DNA of 64,000 bases from Candidatus Nomurabacteria bacterium (GTDB taxonomy: Bacteria; Patescibacteriota; Minisyncoccia; Phycocordibacterales; UBA9973): the NCBI GenBank assembly GCA_020631955.1, contig JACKGL010000002.1, forward strand, positions 77,860 through 141,859. The letters are read 5' to 3'. Shown piece after piece: positions 9,311 through 18,822 of this stretch. Every line of letters begins with the position of its first letter. Positions within the stretch are counted from its first letter, which is position 1. Below the pieces are notes generated by a model. It did no database searches and was not told the origin of the DNA. It saw only the letters and a program-made list of their open reading frames with translations. The position numbers and the translations under genes are program-made.

Positions 9311-10071
9311 GAATAATAAGCTGGAATACAAACGGACTACGAGCCACTATCAAAAGTGAGACCTTCTGGCCACTTTTTAAAAAATACAAAGCAGACATAG
9401 TAGCTTTCCAAGAAACAAAATCTGAAAGAGATCAAATACCAGAAGAGTACTTAGCTTTTTCTGGTTTTGAAAGTGTCTTTGAAAGTGCGAAGACTCGCAA
9501 AGGATATTCTGGTGTAGCAATATATAGCAATAAAAGATCAAAAACAAAAAAAGTTCCTGGTGCTTTAGGTAAAGACATGGAAGGAAGGATGCTCCTACAA
9601 GAATATGAAAAATTTTTCTTTATCAACTGCTACTTCCCCAACGGTGGAGGCGCGCCAGAGAGACTAGAATACAAACTCGACTTTTATGATGAGATGCTAA
9701 AGCTCATAAAGAAACTAGAAAAAGAAAAACCAGTCATATTGTGTGGTGACGTAAATGTAGCTCATGAAGAGATAGATATAGCCCGACCAAAAGAAAACGA
9801 AAAACACGTCGGCTTCTTACCAGAAGAACGTGCTTGGATGGATGAAGTGTTGCGTGCTGGTTTTGTAGATGTGTTTCGTCACATGTATCCAAACAAAATA
9901 GAATACACTTGGTGGGATCAAAAAACTCGAGCAAGAGATCGCAACATAGGTTGGAGAATAGATTATTTTTTGATATCACCAAAACTTATAAAAAAAGTAA
10001 AAAATATTTCTCAGCTCACCGAATACTTAGGTAGTGACCACTGTCCTGTGGTACTCGATATAGAAATATAA
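9307..10071 (+). CDS. xth: exodeoxyribonuclease III (AP endonuclease)
   Basis: 254 aa. Contains RIISWNTNGLRA, QETK, CGDVNVAHEEID and GSDHCPV. Overlaps the upstream gene by 4 nt. Confidence 0.93.
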   Translation: MRIISWNTNGLRATIKSETFWPLFKKYKADIVAFQETKSERDQIPEEYLAFSGFESVFESAKTRKGYSGVAIYSNKRSKTKKVPGALGKDMEGRMLLQEYEKFFFINCYFPNGGGAPERLEYKLDFYDEMLKLIKKLEKEKPVILCGDVNVAHEEIDIARPKENEKHVGFLPEERAWMDEVLRAGFVDVFRHMYPNKIEYTWWDQKTRARDRNIGWRIDYFLISPKLIKKVKNISQLTEYLGSDHCPVVLDIEI

Positions 10072-10074
10072 AAT

Positions 10075-10094
10075 CCCCTTCCGCGAGGAAGGGG
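10075..10094. terminator. GC-rich hairpin between convergent genes
   Basis: CCCCTTCC-GCGA-GGAAGGGG. The T-run is better on the minus strand (ATTTTAT). Confidence 0.5.
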
Positions 10095-10115
10095 TGAGTG
10101 CATATCCGGATATTT

Positions 10116-10439
10116 TCAATTGATGAAGTCGGCGACAGCGTTGCAGATGTCTTCCTTCACCTCATACCACCGAACGTGGGGGGTTAAGTTGATGACTGCC
10201 CTGTCCTTTCCGTTGAATTCGACCTTGTCTACAATAGAGACTCCTCGACGAGGGCATCTCAGCGCAAACAAGATATTGGACAAATCCTGCTGGACTCTGC
10301 TGGCATCATTTGCCGGTTTTCCTTGCTGGATAATAGTCTTGGTTACCAACATAGGTACAAACCTCTGTAAGTTGGTGTTGATAGAAAAATCAACGTAGAT
10401 GCTGCCTTTATCAGGCTTGCTAGTGAATGTGTTCTTCAT
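10116..10439 (-). CDS. hypothetical protein (107 aa) in a locally G+C-richer islet
   Basis: ORF only. I counted 60 G+C in 120 nt over 10121-10240, against 23 in 60 nt over 9301-9360. Confidence 0.45.
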   Translation of the reverse strand: MKNTFTSKPDKGSIYVDFSINTNLQRFVPMLVTKTIIQQGKPANDASRVQQDLSNILFALRCPRRGVSIVDKVEFNGKDRAVINLTPHVRWYEVKEDICNAVADFIN

Positions 10440-10569
10440 AAAAAGCGTTGAATTTGTTTGAAAATTTTATAACATAATATCTAAAATTTGACAAGTTTTG
10501 CATTTGGGTATATTTTATAAGTAAATAACTTCAAATTTGTTTTTTTAACCTTTAAACCCTCAAAGATCT

Positions 10570-10971
10570 ATGAGAAAGAGTAAGCGCCCCGACCACAGCA
10601 CAGCATTTTTTCACACACTGCACCATGCAGAAATCCCTGCAAAACCTCGCAACCCAAAAGTGTCCTTTATAAATGGACACTCTTTAATCCCAAAAAAGGA
10701 ACGAGATTTTCAATCCCCCGATGAACCTATGGAATTCAAGATTCTTACCAACAAAAAGGCCAGTTGGTTGCACAAAAAATTATGGCCCAAAAGTGTACAC
10801 GAAAGTGGATACATTTTTGCGAAAAAGAAACTCCACCTTCTGAAATGTTGGGAAGCAAAAGTACCTGAAACCAACCAGATAATCATTGTTACCAAAGACG
10901 GTGGCAACCTGGTATTACCTGTAAAGAAAAAGGAGTCAGAAAAAAAAAGACAGGAGGTCTTGGGAATCTAA
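10570..10971 (+). CDS. hypothetical basic protein (133 aa)
   Basis: ORF only. K/R/H-rich, divergent from 10116..10439, and followed by a hairpin plus T-run. Confidence 0.4.
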   Translation: MRKSKRPDHSTAFFHTLHHAEIPAKPRNPKVSFINGHSLIPKKERDFQSPDEPMEFKILTNKKASWLHKKLWPKSVHESGYIFAKKKLHLLKCWEAKVPETNQIIIVTKDGGNLVLPVKKKESEKKRQEVLGI

Positions 10972-10977
10972 CCCCAC

Positions 10978-11027
10978 CCCGAAGATGTAGCACATCGTAT
11001 GCGCTGCGCCTTCGGGATTTTTTTATT
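10978..11027 (+). terminator. intrinsic terminator-like hairpin
   Basis: CCCGAAG (10978-10984) pairs with CTTCGGG (11010-11016), followed by ATTTTTTTATT. Confidence 0.55.
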
Positions 11028-11028
11028 G

Positions 11029-11056
11029 TTGCTTAATAAATTATTTATGATATATT
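11029..11056 (+). promoter_or_regulatory. candidate sigma-70 promoter for nusA
   Basis: TTGCTT (11029-11034), a 16-nt spacer, then the extended -10 TGATATATT (11048-11056). Confidence 0.4.
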
Positions 11057-11064
11057 GGTCTTGT

Positions 11065-11097
11065 AAGAGTCGGTCGCAAACCGACTTCTTTTATTAA
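11065..11097 (+). terminator. promoter-proximal leader hairpin plus U-run upstream of nusA (candidate attenuator)
   Basis: AAGAGTCGGT-CGCAA-ACCGACTTCTT followed by TTTATT. Lies between the putative promoter and the nusA ATG at 11120. Confidence 0.45.
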
Positions 11098-11119
11098 AAT
11101 TAAATAATTACAATAGAAT

Positions 11120-12346
11120 ATGTTAGATATAAAAGTATTAAATTCTGCCCTACTTCAACTAGAAGAGGAAAGAAAAATCCCAAGAGAAAAGATTCTTGAA
11201 GCTATAGAGCAGGCACTCGCTGCGGCTTACAAGAAAGAATACGGAAAGAAAGGTCAGATAGTAAGATGTCATTTCGACCCAGAAACAGGTGAAACAAATT
11301 TTGAACAAGTAAAAATAGTAGTCAACCCTGAAGACGTAAGAATAGTAGAAGACGATGAAGAAGACGTAGTAGACACTGATGACGAAAGACCAAAATATAA
11401 CGAAGAGCATCATATATTTGTAAACGATGCTATGAGAATAAAAGCAGATGCAAAACCAGAAGATGAGATCATCTTCCCTTTGGAAGAAAAGTCAGACTTC
11501 GGTCGTATCGCAGCACAAACAGCAAAACAAGTGATCATCCAAAAGATCCGTGAAGCTGAAAGAGAGACAGTCATGGAAGAATTTGGAGAAAGAGAAGGAG
11601 AAATAGTATCTGGTTTTGTTCAAAAGATAGAAAGAGGCAACATATATGTAGATGTCGGTAAAGCTAGCGGTATCATACTATATGATGAACAAATAAAATC
11701 AGAGAAGTACAAAAGAGGAGATAGAATAAGAGCTTACCTTTATAAAGTAGAAGAAGGTATCAGAGGTGTGTCACTACTACTCTCTCGTACTCATCCAAAA
11801 TTCCTAGAGGAATTGTTTGCTTCAGAGTCACCAGAAGTAGCTAGCGGAGTAGTAGAAATAAAATCTATAGCACGTGAAGCTGGTTCTAGATCTAAGATAG
11901 CTGTATATTCCAACGATCCAAACATAGATCCGATAGGAGCTTGTGTAGGACAAAAAGGACTAAGAGTAGCTACTGTCATGAGTGAATTAGGAACAGAAAA
12001 AATAGACATCATTCCTTGGACAGAAGATACAGAGCAATTCATAGCCAACTCCCTATCACCAGCAAGAGTACTTACTATAGATATAGATGAAGAAGAAAAA
12101 ACTTCTTTTGTAGAAGTAGAAGATGATCAACTTTCACTAGCGATAGGAAAAGGTGGTCAAAATGTAAGACTCGCAGCCAAACTCACAGGATGGAAAATAG
12201 ATATAAAAGGTGTAGATGGTTCTGACCAAGCAGTAAGCGACGGAGAAGACACTACTATAGATAACGAAGAGGTAGAAGAAGCACAGACAGATGAAACAAT
12301 AGAAGAATCTACTGTAACTGAAAGTGAAGAAGTAGTTGAAGAATAG
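11120..12346 (+). CDS. nusA: transcription termination/antitermination factor NusA
   Basis: 408 aa. N-terminal domain, S1 (GEIVSGFVQKIERGNIYVDVG), two KH domains (PIGACVGQKGLRV, LAIGKGGQNVRLA) and an acidic tail. Confidence 0.95.
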   Translation: MLDIKVLNSALLQLEEERKIPREKILEAIEQALAAAYKKEYGKKGQIVRCHFDPETGETNFEQVKIVVNPEDVRIVEDDEEDVVDTDDERPKYNEEHHIFVNDAMRIKADAKPEDEIIFPLEEKSDFGRIAAQTAKQVIIQKIREAERETVMEEFGEREGEIVSGFVQKIERGNIYVDVGKASGIILYDEQIKSEKYKRGDRIRAYLYKVEEGIRGVSLLLSRTHPKFLEELFASESPEVASGVVEIKSIAREAGSRSKIAVYSNDPNIDPIGACVGQKGLRVATVMSELGTEKIDIIPWTEDTEQFIANSLSPARVLTIDIDEEEKTSFVEVEDDQLSLAIGKGGQNVRLAAKLTGWKIDIKGVDGSDQAVSDGEDTTIDNEEVEEAQTDETIEESTVTESEEVVEE

Positions 12347-12373
12347 AAAATTATCAGATAATATACATTATAT

Positions 12374-12919
12374 ATGAATTTATGGCATGATGTACCTTTA
12401 GGAGATAACGCACCAGAAGAATTCAACGTAATAGTTGAGATACCAAAAAACTCTCCTAATAAGTACGAAATAGATAAAGAAACTGGATTGATAGCACTGG
12501 ATAGAGCTAATTACAATGCAGCACCATATCCGTTTGATTATGGTTTTGCACCAAGAACTCTTTGGGAAGATAATGATGCACTCGATGTAATAATTTTTAC
12601 AACGTTTCCATTACAAACAGGATTATTAGTAAAAGTAAGACCTGTTGCACTTATGAAGATGATAGACTCTGGGGAATCTGACTATAAAATATTAGCTGTA
12701 CCAACAGAGGACAGAAGGTGGAATGATGTACAAGATTTGAAAGACTTAAACCAACACAATCTAAAAGAATATGCTCATTTTTTTGAAACATATAAAGAAT
12801 TAAAATCTGACGAAAAAGGAAAATATAAAGTAGTTATAGAAGGTTTCGAAGGAAAAACTGAAGCATTAAAGGCAGTTGAAAAATCAATAGAATTGTATAA
12901 CCAAAAATACAGTAAATAA
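12374..12919 (+). CDS. ppa: inorganic pyrophosphatase, family I
   Basis: 181 aa. Contains VIVEIPKNSPNKYEID, PFDYGF, DNDALDV and DYKILAV. Confidence 0.93.
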   Translation: MNLWHDVPLGDNAPEEFNVIVEIPKNSPNKYEIDKETGLIALDRANYNAAPYPFDYGFAPRTLWEDNDALDVIIFTTFPLQTGLLVKVRPVALMKMIDSGESDYKILAVPTEDRRWNDVQDLKDLNQHNLKEYAHFFETYKELKSDEKGKYKVVIEGFEGKTEALKAVEKSIELYNQKYSK

Positions 12920-12948
12920 AAAATAGCCCAGTAACTGGGCTATTTTTT
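12919..12948 (+). terminator. intrinsic terminator after ppa
   Basis: AATAGCCCAG-TAA-CTGGGCTATT followed by TTTTT. Confidence 0.8.
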
Positions 12949-12966
12949 ATTTGCTATAATTTACTT

Positions 12967-13578
12967 ATGATAAAAATTGGAGACAAAAGAGAAAATTCAC
13001 AAAGAAAAATTATTTCAAATGGAGAACCGTTTGTTATTTCAAAAGGTCGTATTGGGGCTATAGTAGGATATCCTATGTTAGTAGCAAATAAACAAGATAT
13101 TTTTGAAGAAAAAATATTCGAAAAATTTGTCCGAGCCCCAGGAACAAGAATGTTGATAAAGAAGGATAAAAAAATACTTTTACAAGAAGAGTACAGGACA
13201 GAAACAAACTCTATAGACTGGAGACTACCAGGAGGAAAAGTTTTAGATACATTTGAAGAATACGAAAAATATCTAAATATAAATATTCCGGAAGAAACAA
13301 TAATTATCTCAGGGAAAAAAGAATTGGAAGAAGAGGTTGGGCTTGCTGCTAAAAATATAAAAATAATAGAAAAAAGTGTATGTGGGGCTACTGTGCAATG
13401 GGACTTATTTTACTTACTAGTAGAGGAATTTGATATGGTAAAAAATAAAGAAAACCACGAAACAGAAGATATACTATGTCATAAATGGTTTACAGATAAA
13501 GAAGTCATAGAAATGTGCAAAAATGGATCTATAAGCGAAGATAGAAGTGTTGCTGTGCTTCTGAAATATCTTCTATAG
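12967..13578 (+). CDS. NUDIX-family hydrolase (probable)
   Basis: 203 aa. LPGGKV...GKKELEEEVGL resembles a Nudix box with an insertion. Confidence 0.55.
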   Translation: MIKIGDKRENSQRKIISNGEPFVISKGRIGAIVGYPMLVANKQDIFEEKIFEKFVRAPGTRMLIKKDKKILLQEEYRTETNSIDWRLPGGKVLDTFEEYEKYLNINIPEETIIISGKKELEEEVGLAAKNIKIIEKSVCGATVQWDLFYLLVEEFDMVKNKENHETEDILCHKWFTDKEVIEMCKNGSISEDRSVAVLLKYLL

Positions 13579-13677
13579 AGTTTTTCACAGTTTTGATAGA
13601 AAAATAGAAAAATGTTATATAATAGGAATGCGAGGTAATAGCCTTCTCGTATTATTAAAATTAACTATAAAAACATT

Positions 13678-14382
13678 ATGAAAAAAACATTACTAGCACT
13701 ATTGCTTGTATTCGGACTTACTTTTGGATATGTAGCATTTGCAGAAGACAACGATTCTTCTTCAGACGACAATTCTGGTACAGAAGTAGAAAGCTCTGAC
13801 GACTCTAGCTCTATATCAGATGATGATACAGATGAAAACGAAGTAGAAGATGAGGATGATGACTCAAATGAGAACGACGACTCTTCAGACCATGATGCAG
13901 ATGATGACTCTAGTTCTTCTTCAGAACCAGCTCGTCCTATAAGATCATTGTTCACTCCAAGACCAGATGTAGTAAACACTATCCAAGAAAACAACCAAGA
14001 AAGAGTAGACTTCATCCACGAACAAAATGATGAAAGAAAAAGTCTTTTCATGTCTAGAGTAGCTGAAATAAGAGCTCATATAAATCAAAGATTTGAAAAT
14101 ACTATATCAAACCTATACAACATTCATGACAGAATAGCTGAAAGAATGTCTATAATGGAAGAAAGAGGTTATGACGTGAGCGAAGCAAAAAGTATGCTAG
14201 AAGCTGCAAAAGTTTCACTAGATGAACTAAAAGCTGCCCACGAAGCACTCAAAGATACCATATCAAGCGAAGATAAAGACATAGAAGAAGTTCGCAACGC
14301 AACAGCAGAACTAAAAGATTCAATAAAAGAGGTACATGCATCATTTGTCGAAGTGATCAAAAGCCTTACCCCAAACCAATAA
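13678..14382 (+). CDS. secreted hypothetical protein with a poly-acidic region and a helical C-terminal half
   Basis: Signal-like N-terminus MKKTLLALLLVFGLTFGYVAFA, then a D/E/S-rich stretch, then a coiled-coil-like region. Confidence 0.55.
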   Translation: MKKTLLALLLVFGLTFGYVAFAEDNDSSSDDNSGTEVESSDDSSSISDDDTDENEVEDEDDDSNENDDSSDHDADDDSSSSSEPARPIRSLFTPRPDVVNTIQENNQERVDFIHEQNDERKSLFMSRVAEIRAHINQRFENTISNLYNIHDRIAERMSIMEERGYDVSEAKSMLEAAKVSLDELKAAHEALKDTISSEDKDIEEVRNATAELKDSIKEVHASFVEVIKSLTPNQ

Positions 14383-14405
14383 TTATTAGTTAGCAATATA
14401 TACAT

Positions 14406-14747
14406 ATGGAAAACCAAAATGATATGGGACAAAATATGATGCAAAACGAAGCTCCTATGCAACAAAATTCGACTCCTACCCCACCACCTATGAGTGAGGA
14501 AAAAGTAAGAGAAGGCAAAAAAAATTCTATATTTGTATTTATAGTACTTATTCTTGCTGTTATAGTAGCAGCTGTGCTTATAAGTAAGTCTTCTCAAGTA
14601 AATACTGAGGTAGATAATATGCAAATAAATACTGGTGATACAATGGAAGTAGAGGTTTTAGATGACAACGCTTCAAGTGAACTTAGCGACATCCAGGCAG
14701 ATCTAGACGCTATGACAATAGACGACCTAGACCAAGACCTTCAATAG
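14406..14747 (+). CDS. hypothetical single-pass membrane protein (113 aa)
   Basis: TM helix IFVFIVLILAVIVAAVLI and an acidic C-terminus. Confidence 0.5.
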   Translation: MENQNDMGQNMMQNEAPMQQNSTPTPPPMSEEKVREGKKNSIFVFIVLILAVIVAAVLISKSSQVNTEVDNMQINTGDTMEVEVLDDNASSELSDIQADLDAMTIDDLDQDLQ

Positions 14748-14760
14748 TCAAATACACATA

Positions 14761-14791
14761 AAAACAACGGGTGAAAAGCCCGTTGTTTTTA
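14761..14791 (+). terminator. intrinsic terminator
   Basis: AACAACGGG-(7 nt)-CCCGTTGTT followed by a T-run. It overlaps the 5' extension of ORF 14771, which argues for the later tig start. Confidence 0.8.
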
Positions 14792-14842
14792 TTTATGCAA
14801 AAGATTGAAATATATGAAAATAATGCTATATTTACATGCGTT

Positions 14843-15889
14843 ATGAAATACGAAACAAAAAATCTACCAGATTCACAAATAGAAATAAAGTTTATTGTAC
14901 CTAAAGAAGACTTTGAAAAATACGAGGAAAAGGCTTGGAATAAAATGTCTGAAAAGATAGAAATAGACGGCTTTCGTAAAGGAAAAGTCCCTAAAGACAT
15001 AGCTCTAAAAAACGCCGGTGAGATGGTGCTTCTAGAAAATATGGCTGAAGAAGCTATCGCCGATGCATATACACAATACCTAACAAAAGAAAAGACAGAT
15101 ATAGTGGGGCGACCTTCAGTATCTATAACAAAGATAGGAAAAGGTAGCGATTTGGAATTTACACTTATTTCAGCTGTGATGCCAGAAGTCACACTCCCTG
15201 ACTATAAAAAAATAGCTAAAAAGGTGGAAGTAGAAGAAATAAAAGAAGCTACAGAAGAAGAGCTAGACTCTCTAGTAAAAGAACTCCGCACAGCCAGAGC
15301 AAGAGAAGATAACCGTATAGCAAACAAAGACAATCCTGAAAATATAAAAAATGATTTTACAGATGAAGAACTCCCAGCTTTTAATGATGAATTTGTAAAA
15401 ACACTTGGAGACTTCACAGATATAGCTGACTTTAGAACAAAAATGAAAGAAAGAATGACAGAAGACAAGAAAAGAGTAGCTAGAGAAAAAAGAAGAATGA
15501 AGATACTAGAAGAAATCCTAAAAGATACAAAGTCTGAAGTACCAAAAATACTTGTAGAATTTGAACTGGACAAAATGCTAGGACAGCTAGAGCAAGACAT
15601 CATGTATTCTGGTTTATCTATGGAAGAATATCTAAAACATCTACAAAAAACAAAAGAGGAAATAAAAGATGAATGGAGAGACGATGCTAAGAAAAGAGCT
15701 TTGTCTATACTCGCACTAGACGCTATTTCTAAAAAAGAAAATATAAAAGAAGATGAGGAAAAAATAGAACAAGAAGCACAAATGCTCCAGAAAATGTATA
15801 AAGATGTAGATCCTATAAGAGCAAAAGAGTACATAACAGAAGTCCTGACTCAAGCAAAAGTCCTTCAATTCCTCGAAGACATAAAATAG
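14843..15889 (+). CDS. tig: trigger factor
   Basis: Start taken at ATG 14843 (MKYETKNLPDSQIEIKFIVP). GFRKGKVPK ribosome-binding signature. Short form: I could not see a clear FKBP/PPIase core. Confidence 0.8.
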   Translation: MKYETKNLPDSQIEIKFIVPKEDFEKYEEKAWNKMSEKIEIDGFRKGKVPKDIALKNAGEMVLLENMAEEAIADAYTQYLTKEKTDIVGRPSVSITKIGKGSDLEFTLISAVMPEVTLPDYKKIAKKVEVEEIKEATEEELDSLVKELRTARAREDNRIANKDNPENIKNDFTDEELPAFNDEFVKTLGDFTDIADFRTKMKERMTEDKKRVAREKRRMKILEEILKDTKSEVPKILVEFELDKMLGQLEQDIMYSGLSMEEYLKHLQKTKEEIKDEWRDDAKKRALSILALDAISKKENIKEDEEKIEQEAQMLQKMYKDVDPIRAKEYITEVLTQAKVLQFLEDIK

Positions 15890-15930
15890 TCTTTGTGCTA
15901 AAATAATATTGTTAAATAAATATTAAACAT

Positions 15931-16524
15931 ATGTTAATACCAACAGTAATAGAAAAATCACAATTCGGCGAAAGAGCTTATGATATATACTCTCGTCTTT
16001 TGCGTGAAAGAATCATATTCCTAGGTGGTCCTATAGACGACCATATGGCCAATATAATAATAGCTCAGCTTATATTCCTAGCTAATGAAGATCCCAAAAA
16101 AGATATCATGCTTTACATAAACTCCCCTGGAGGATCTGTCACAGCTGCTATGGCCATATACGACACTATGAGATACATAAAACCAGATGTTTCTACTATA
16201 TGTGTAGGTATAGCTGCTAGTGCTGCTGCTGTACTTCTATCAAGTGGACAAAAAGGAAAGAGATTTTGTCTTCCAAATTCTGAGGTCATGATCCACCAAG
16301 TCATGGGAGGAGCAGAAGGACAAGCTTCAGATATAGAGATAGTGGCCCGTCATATACTAAAAACAAAAGAAAAGCTAAATCAGATACTTGCAGAAAATAC
16401 AGGTAAAACACCTGCTCAAATAGAGAAAGATTCAGATAGAGACTACTATATGAGTGCTGATGAAGCTAAAAAGTACGGAGTAGTAGATAAGATTCTAGAC
16501 AAAGCACCTGCCTTAAAGAAATAA
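15931..16524 (+). CDS. clpP: ATP-dependent Clp protease proteolytic subunit
   Basis: 197 aa. Contains [32 protein letters not shown] and MIHQ. Confidence 0.96.
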   Translation: MLIPTVIEKSQFGERAYDIYSRLLRERIIFLGGPIDDHMANIIIAQLIFLANEDPKKDIMLYINSPGGSVTAAMAIYDTMRYIKPDVSTICVGIAASAAAVLLSSGQKGKRFCLPNSEVMIHQVMGGAEGQASDIEIVARHILKTKEKLNQILAENTGKTPAQIEKDSDRDYYMSADEAKKYGVVDKILDKAPALKK

Positions 16525-16530
16525 ACAGCT

Positions 16531-16556
16531 AGCCGCCCAAAGGGCGGCTTTTGTTT
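16531..16556 (+). terminator. intrinsic terminator after clpP
   Basis: AGCCGCCC-AAA-GGGCGGCT followed by TTTTGTTT. Confidence 0.85.
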
Positions 16557-16741
16557 ACTCCCCTCTTCACTTATTAGTATCTTTCTGCTAGTATGGAAAA
16601 AGGTTAGAAGTTAATTCCGAAATACAGAAAATCCGGAGCAAGAACATGATATTCAAAATTTTGTCCAATATTTCAAATAATTCCATAACAAAATCAGACA
16701 AAAATCTGGCTCTTTTTCTGTAGTAGGAGAGTTGAAAAATT

Positions 16742-18262
16742 ATGAAACAAATAATATATATGGCACTCGCCTTGTTTGTGGGTGCTGGTGTTGGCTATTA
16801 CATTCGTATGGCGATAGTAATGGGCCGAAAACAAAACATCGAAGTAGAAGTAAAGGGTATGCTCGTCAAAGCAAAAGAGGATGCTCAGAAAATAGTCGAT
16901 GAAGCAAAACAAAAAGCTGAAGAAAAGCTTGAGGAAGCAAAAAAACTAGAGAAAGAAAAAGAAGTAGAACATAAGAAGACAGAAGAAAGACTCATAAAAA
17001 AAGAAGAGCTTTTAGATAAAAGACAAATAGACTTAGACAAAGATGAAGAAAGGATAAGAGTCAACAAAGAAGCTTTAGATACAAGAGAAGAGGAACTTTC
17101 AAAAATAGAAGAAACAAAACAAAAAGAACTAGAAAAAGTTTCTGGTCTTTCTGTGGAAGAAGCTAAAAACGAACTAGAAAAGAGTGTGGAAAGAAGATAT
17201 GAGGAAGATCTAGCTATCAAGATGCAGAAAATGGAAATGGATGGAAAAACCAAGCTAGACGAAAGAGCAAAAGAAATCTTGGCCACATCTATACAAAGAC
17301 TTGCAGCTTCTGTCTCTCCAGATATCATGACTACTTTTGTATCTATTCCATCTGATGAAATAAAAGGTAAAGTTATCGGAAAAGAAGGTAGAAATATCAA
17401 GGCTTTTGAAAGAGCAGCTGGAGTAGAGCTTATAGTAGATGATACTCCTGGAGCTATAGTTATCTCTGCTTACGATCCAGTGAGAAGACAGATAGCCAGA
17501 GTAGCTCTAGAAAACTTGATCATGGACGGACGTATACAACCTTCAAAAATAGAAGAAGTTGTAGAAAAAGCTAAGAATGAAATAAATACAATAATAAAAG
17601 AAAAAGGAGAACAAGCATGTTATGAATGTGGAATATTCAACTTCGATCCTAGACTTATCGCTATATTGGGTCGTCTATACTTCCGTACATCTTATGGACA
17701 AAACGTTTTGCAACACTCAGTAGAGATGGCTCACATTGCCGGTATGATAGCAGAAGAAATAGGTGCTGATGTATACGTGGCAAAAGCAGGAGCGTTGGTA
17801 CACGACATAGGAAAAGCTCTAGATCATGAAGTACAAGGTACTCACGTAAACATAGGTATGAGAATACTAGAAAAGTTTGGTGCAGACCCTAGAATAATCA
17901 CTGCTATGAGAAGTCACCACGATGAATACCCTTACGAATCAATAGAAGCACATATAGTACAAACAGCCGACGCTATATCAGGAGGAAGACCAGGAGCAAG
18001 AAGAGATACTGTAGAAAATTATCTAAAACGTCTTTCTGATATTGAAAACATAGCAAATGGTTTCGACGGAGTAGAAAAATCTTACGCACTAGCTGCGGGA
18101 CGTGAAGTAAGAACTTTTGTTTATCCAGATAAAATAAATGATGTTGAAGCAAAAGAGCTTGCTTACAACATAGCAAAGAAAATAGAAGCGGATCTAAAAT
18201 ACCCTGGAGAGATAAAAGTTATCGTAATCCGTGAAAACAGAGTCGTGGAATATGCTAGGTAA
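16742..18262 (+). CDS. rny: ribonuclease Y
   Basis: 506 aa. N-terminal TM helix, K/E coiled coil, KH domain (GKVIGKEGRNIKAFE) and HD domain (LVHDIGKA...HH). Confidence 0.95.
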   Translation: MKQIIYMALALFVGAGVGYYIRMAIVMGRKQNIEVEVKGMLVKAKEDAQKIVDEAKQKAEEKLEEAKKLEKEKEVEHKKTEERLIKKEELLDKRQIDLDKDEERIRVNKEALDTREEELSKIEETKQKELEKVSGLSVEEAKNELEKSVERRYEEDLAIKMQKMEMDGKTKLDERAKEILATSIQRLAASVSPDIMTTFVSIPSDEIKGKVIGKEGRNIKAFERAAGVELIVDDTPGAIVISAYDPVRRQIARVALENLIMDGRIQPSKIEEVVEKAKNEINTIIKEKGEQACYECGIFNFDPRLIAILGRLYFRTSYGQNVLQHSVEMAHIAGMIAEEIGADVYVAKAGALVHDIGKALDHEVQGTHVNIGMRILEKFGADPRIITAMRSHHDEYPYESIEAHIVQTADAISGGRPGARRDTVENYLKRLSDIENIANGFDGVEKSYALAAGREVRTFVYPDKINDVEAKELAYNIAKKIEADLKYPGEIKVIVIRENRVVEYAR

Positions 18263-18301
18263 AATATACCTTTGTAAATAAAGCTAAAATAAAAAACTGG
18301 T

Positions 18302-18330
18302 AAAAACCCCTTATTTTACAAGGGGTTTTT
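18302..18330 (+). terminator. intrinsic terminator after rny
   Basis: AAAAACCCCTT-(7 nt)-AAGGGGTTTTT. Confidence 0.85.
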
Positions 18331-18466
18331 ACCTAGCAAAAATATATCCTTATTTTACTTGATTATTTTTGGCTTTTTATTATATAATTTACTTGGCTTA
18401 ATGCACCCCTTGAGCTTAAGCTAAGCTTAGCTATAAAGCTATTACAAGGTAATCTTTTAAAACAAA

Positions 18467-18739
18467 ATGAATAAACAAAATCTTGTTGAAAAAGTACACG
18501 AAATGCTCGGCGGTACAAAAGTACAAGCTGAACAAGTAGTAGAAGGAATCATAGATTCTATCGTTGGTACTTTAAGAAAAGGAGATGAAGTTTCTATCGC
18601 TGGTTTGGGAATATTCTCAGTCAAAGCTCGTGCAGCTAGAATGGCTAGAAATCCAAAAACAGGAGAAACTGTACACGTTCCTGCAACAAAAGTTCCAAAA
18701 TTTAGACCTGCAAAGGCTCTAAAAGATGCAGTAAAATAA
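18467..18739 (+). CDS. hup: DNA-binding protein HU
   Basis: 90 aa. Contains GLGIFSVKARAARMARNPKTGETVHVPATKVPKFRPAKALKDAV. Confidence 0.95.
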   Translation: MNKQNLVEKVHEMLGGTKVQAEQVVEGIIDSIVGTLRKGDEVSIAGLGIFSVKARAARMARNPKTGETVHVPATKVPKFRPAKALKDAVK

Positions 18740-18764
18740 TTTTATTGTATCCCACTAAGAAAAG

Positions 18765-18790
18765 TCCGCGAATTTTCGCGGATTTTTCTT
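18765..18790 (+). terminator. intrinsic terminator after hup
   Basis: TCCGCG-AATTTT-CGCGGA followed by TTTTTCTTTT. Confidence 0.75.
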
Positions 18791-18822
18791 TTGGGATTTT
18801 TTTGCTATAATCGGTACTATAT

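Noticed and set aside
14771-14842. 5' extensions of ORF-track models. These affect tig (14771), rpsO (6696), rpmH (56795), yraN (24473), the PBP (62348), tyrS (62199), the 372-aa ORF (20975) and the ORFs at 4963 and 5366.
   Set aside because: In each case the extension crosses a terminator hairpin, a neighbouring gene or a palindrome. An internal ATG gives an N-terminus matching the family, for example the L34 [12 protein letters not shown] start and S15 with DTGS at residues 20-23.
16557-16741. 185-nt clpP-rny spacer, considered as a possible small RNA
   Set aside because: I found no stable stem-loops, conserved motif or terminator. It probably contains only the rny promoter.
15202-17400. 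Long antisense ORFs 15202..15834 (210 aa) and 16885..17400 (171 aa)
   Set aside because: They oppose tig and rny, whose K/E-rich codons give open S/F/L-rich reverse frames. No independent support.
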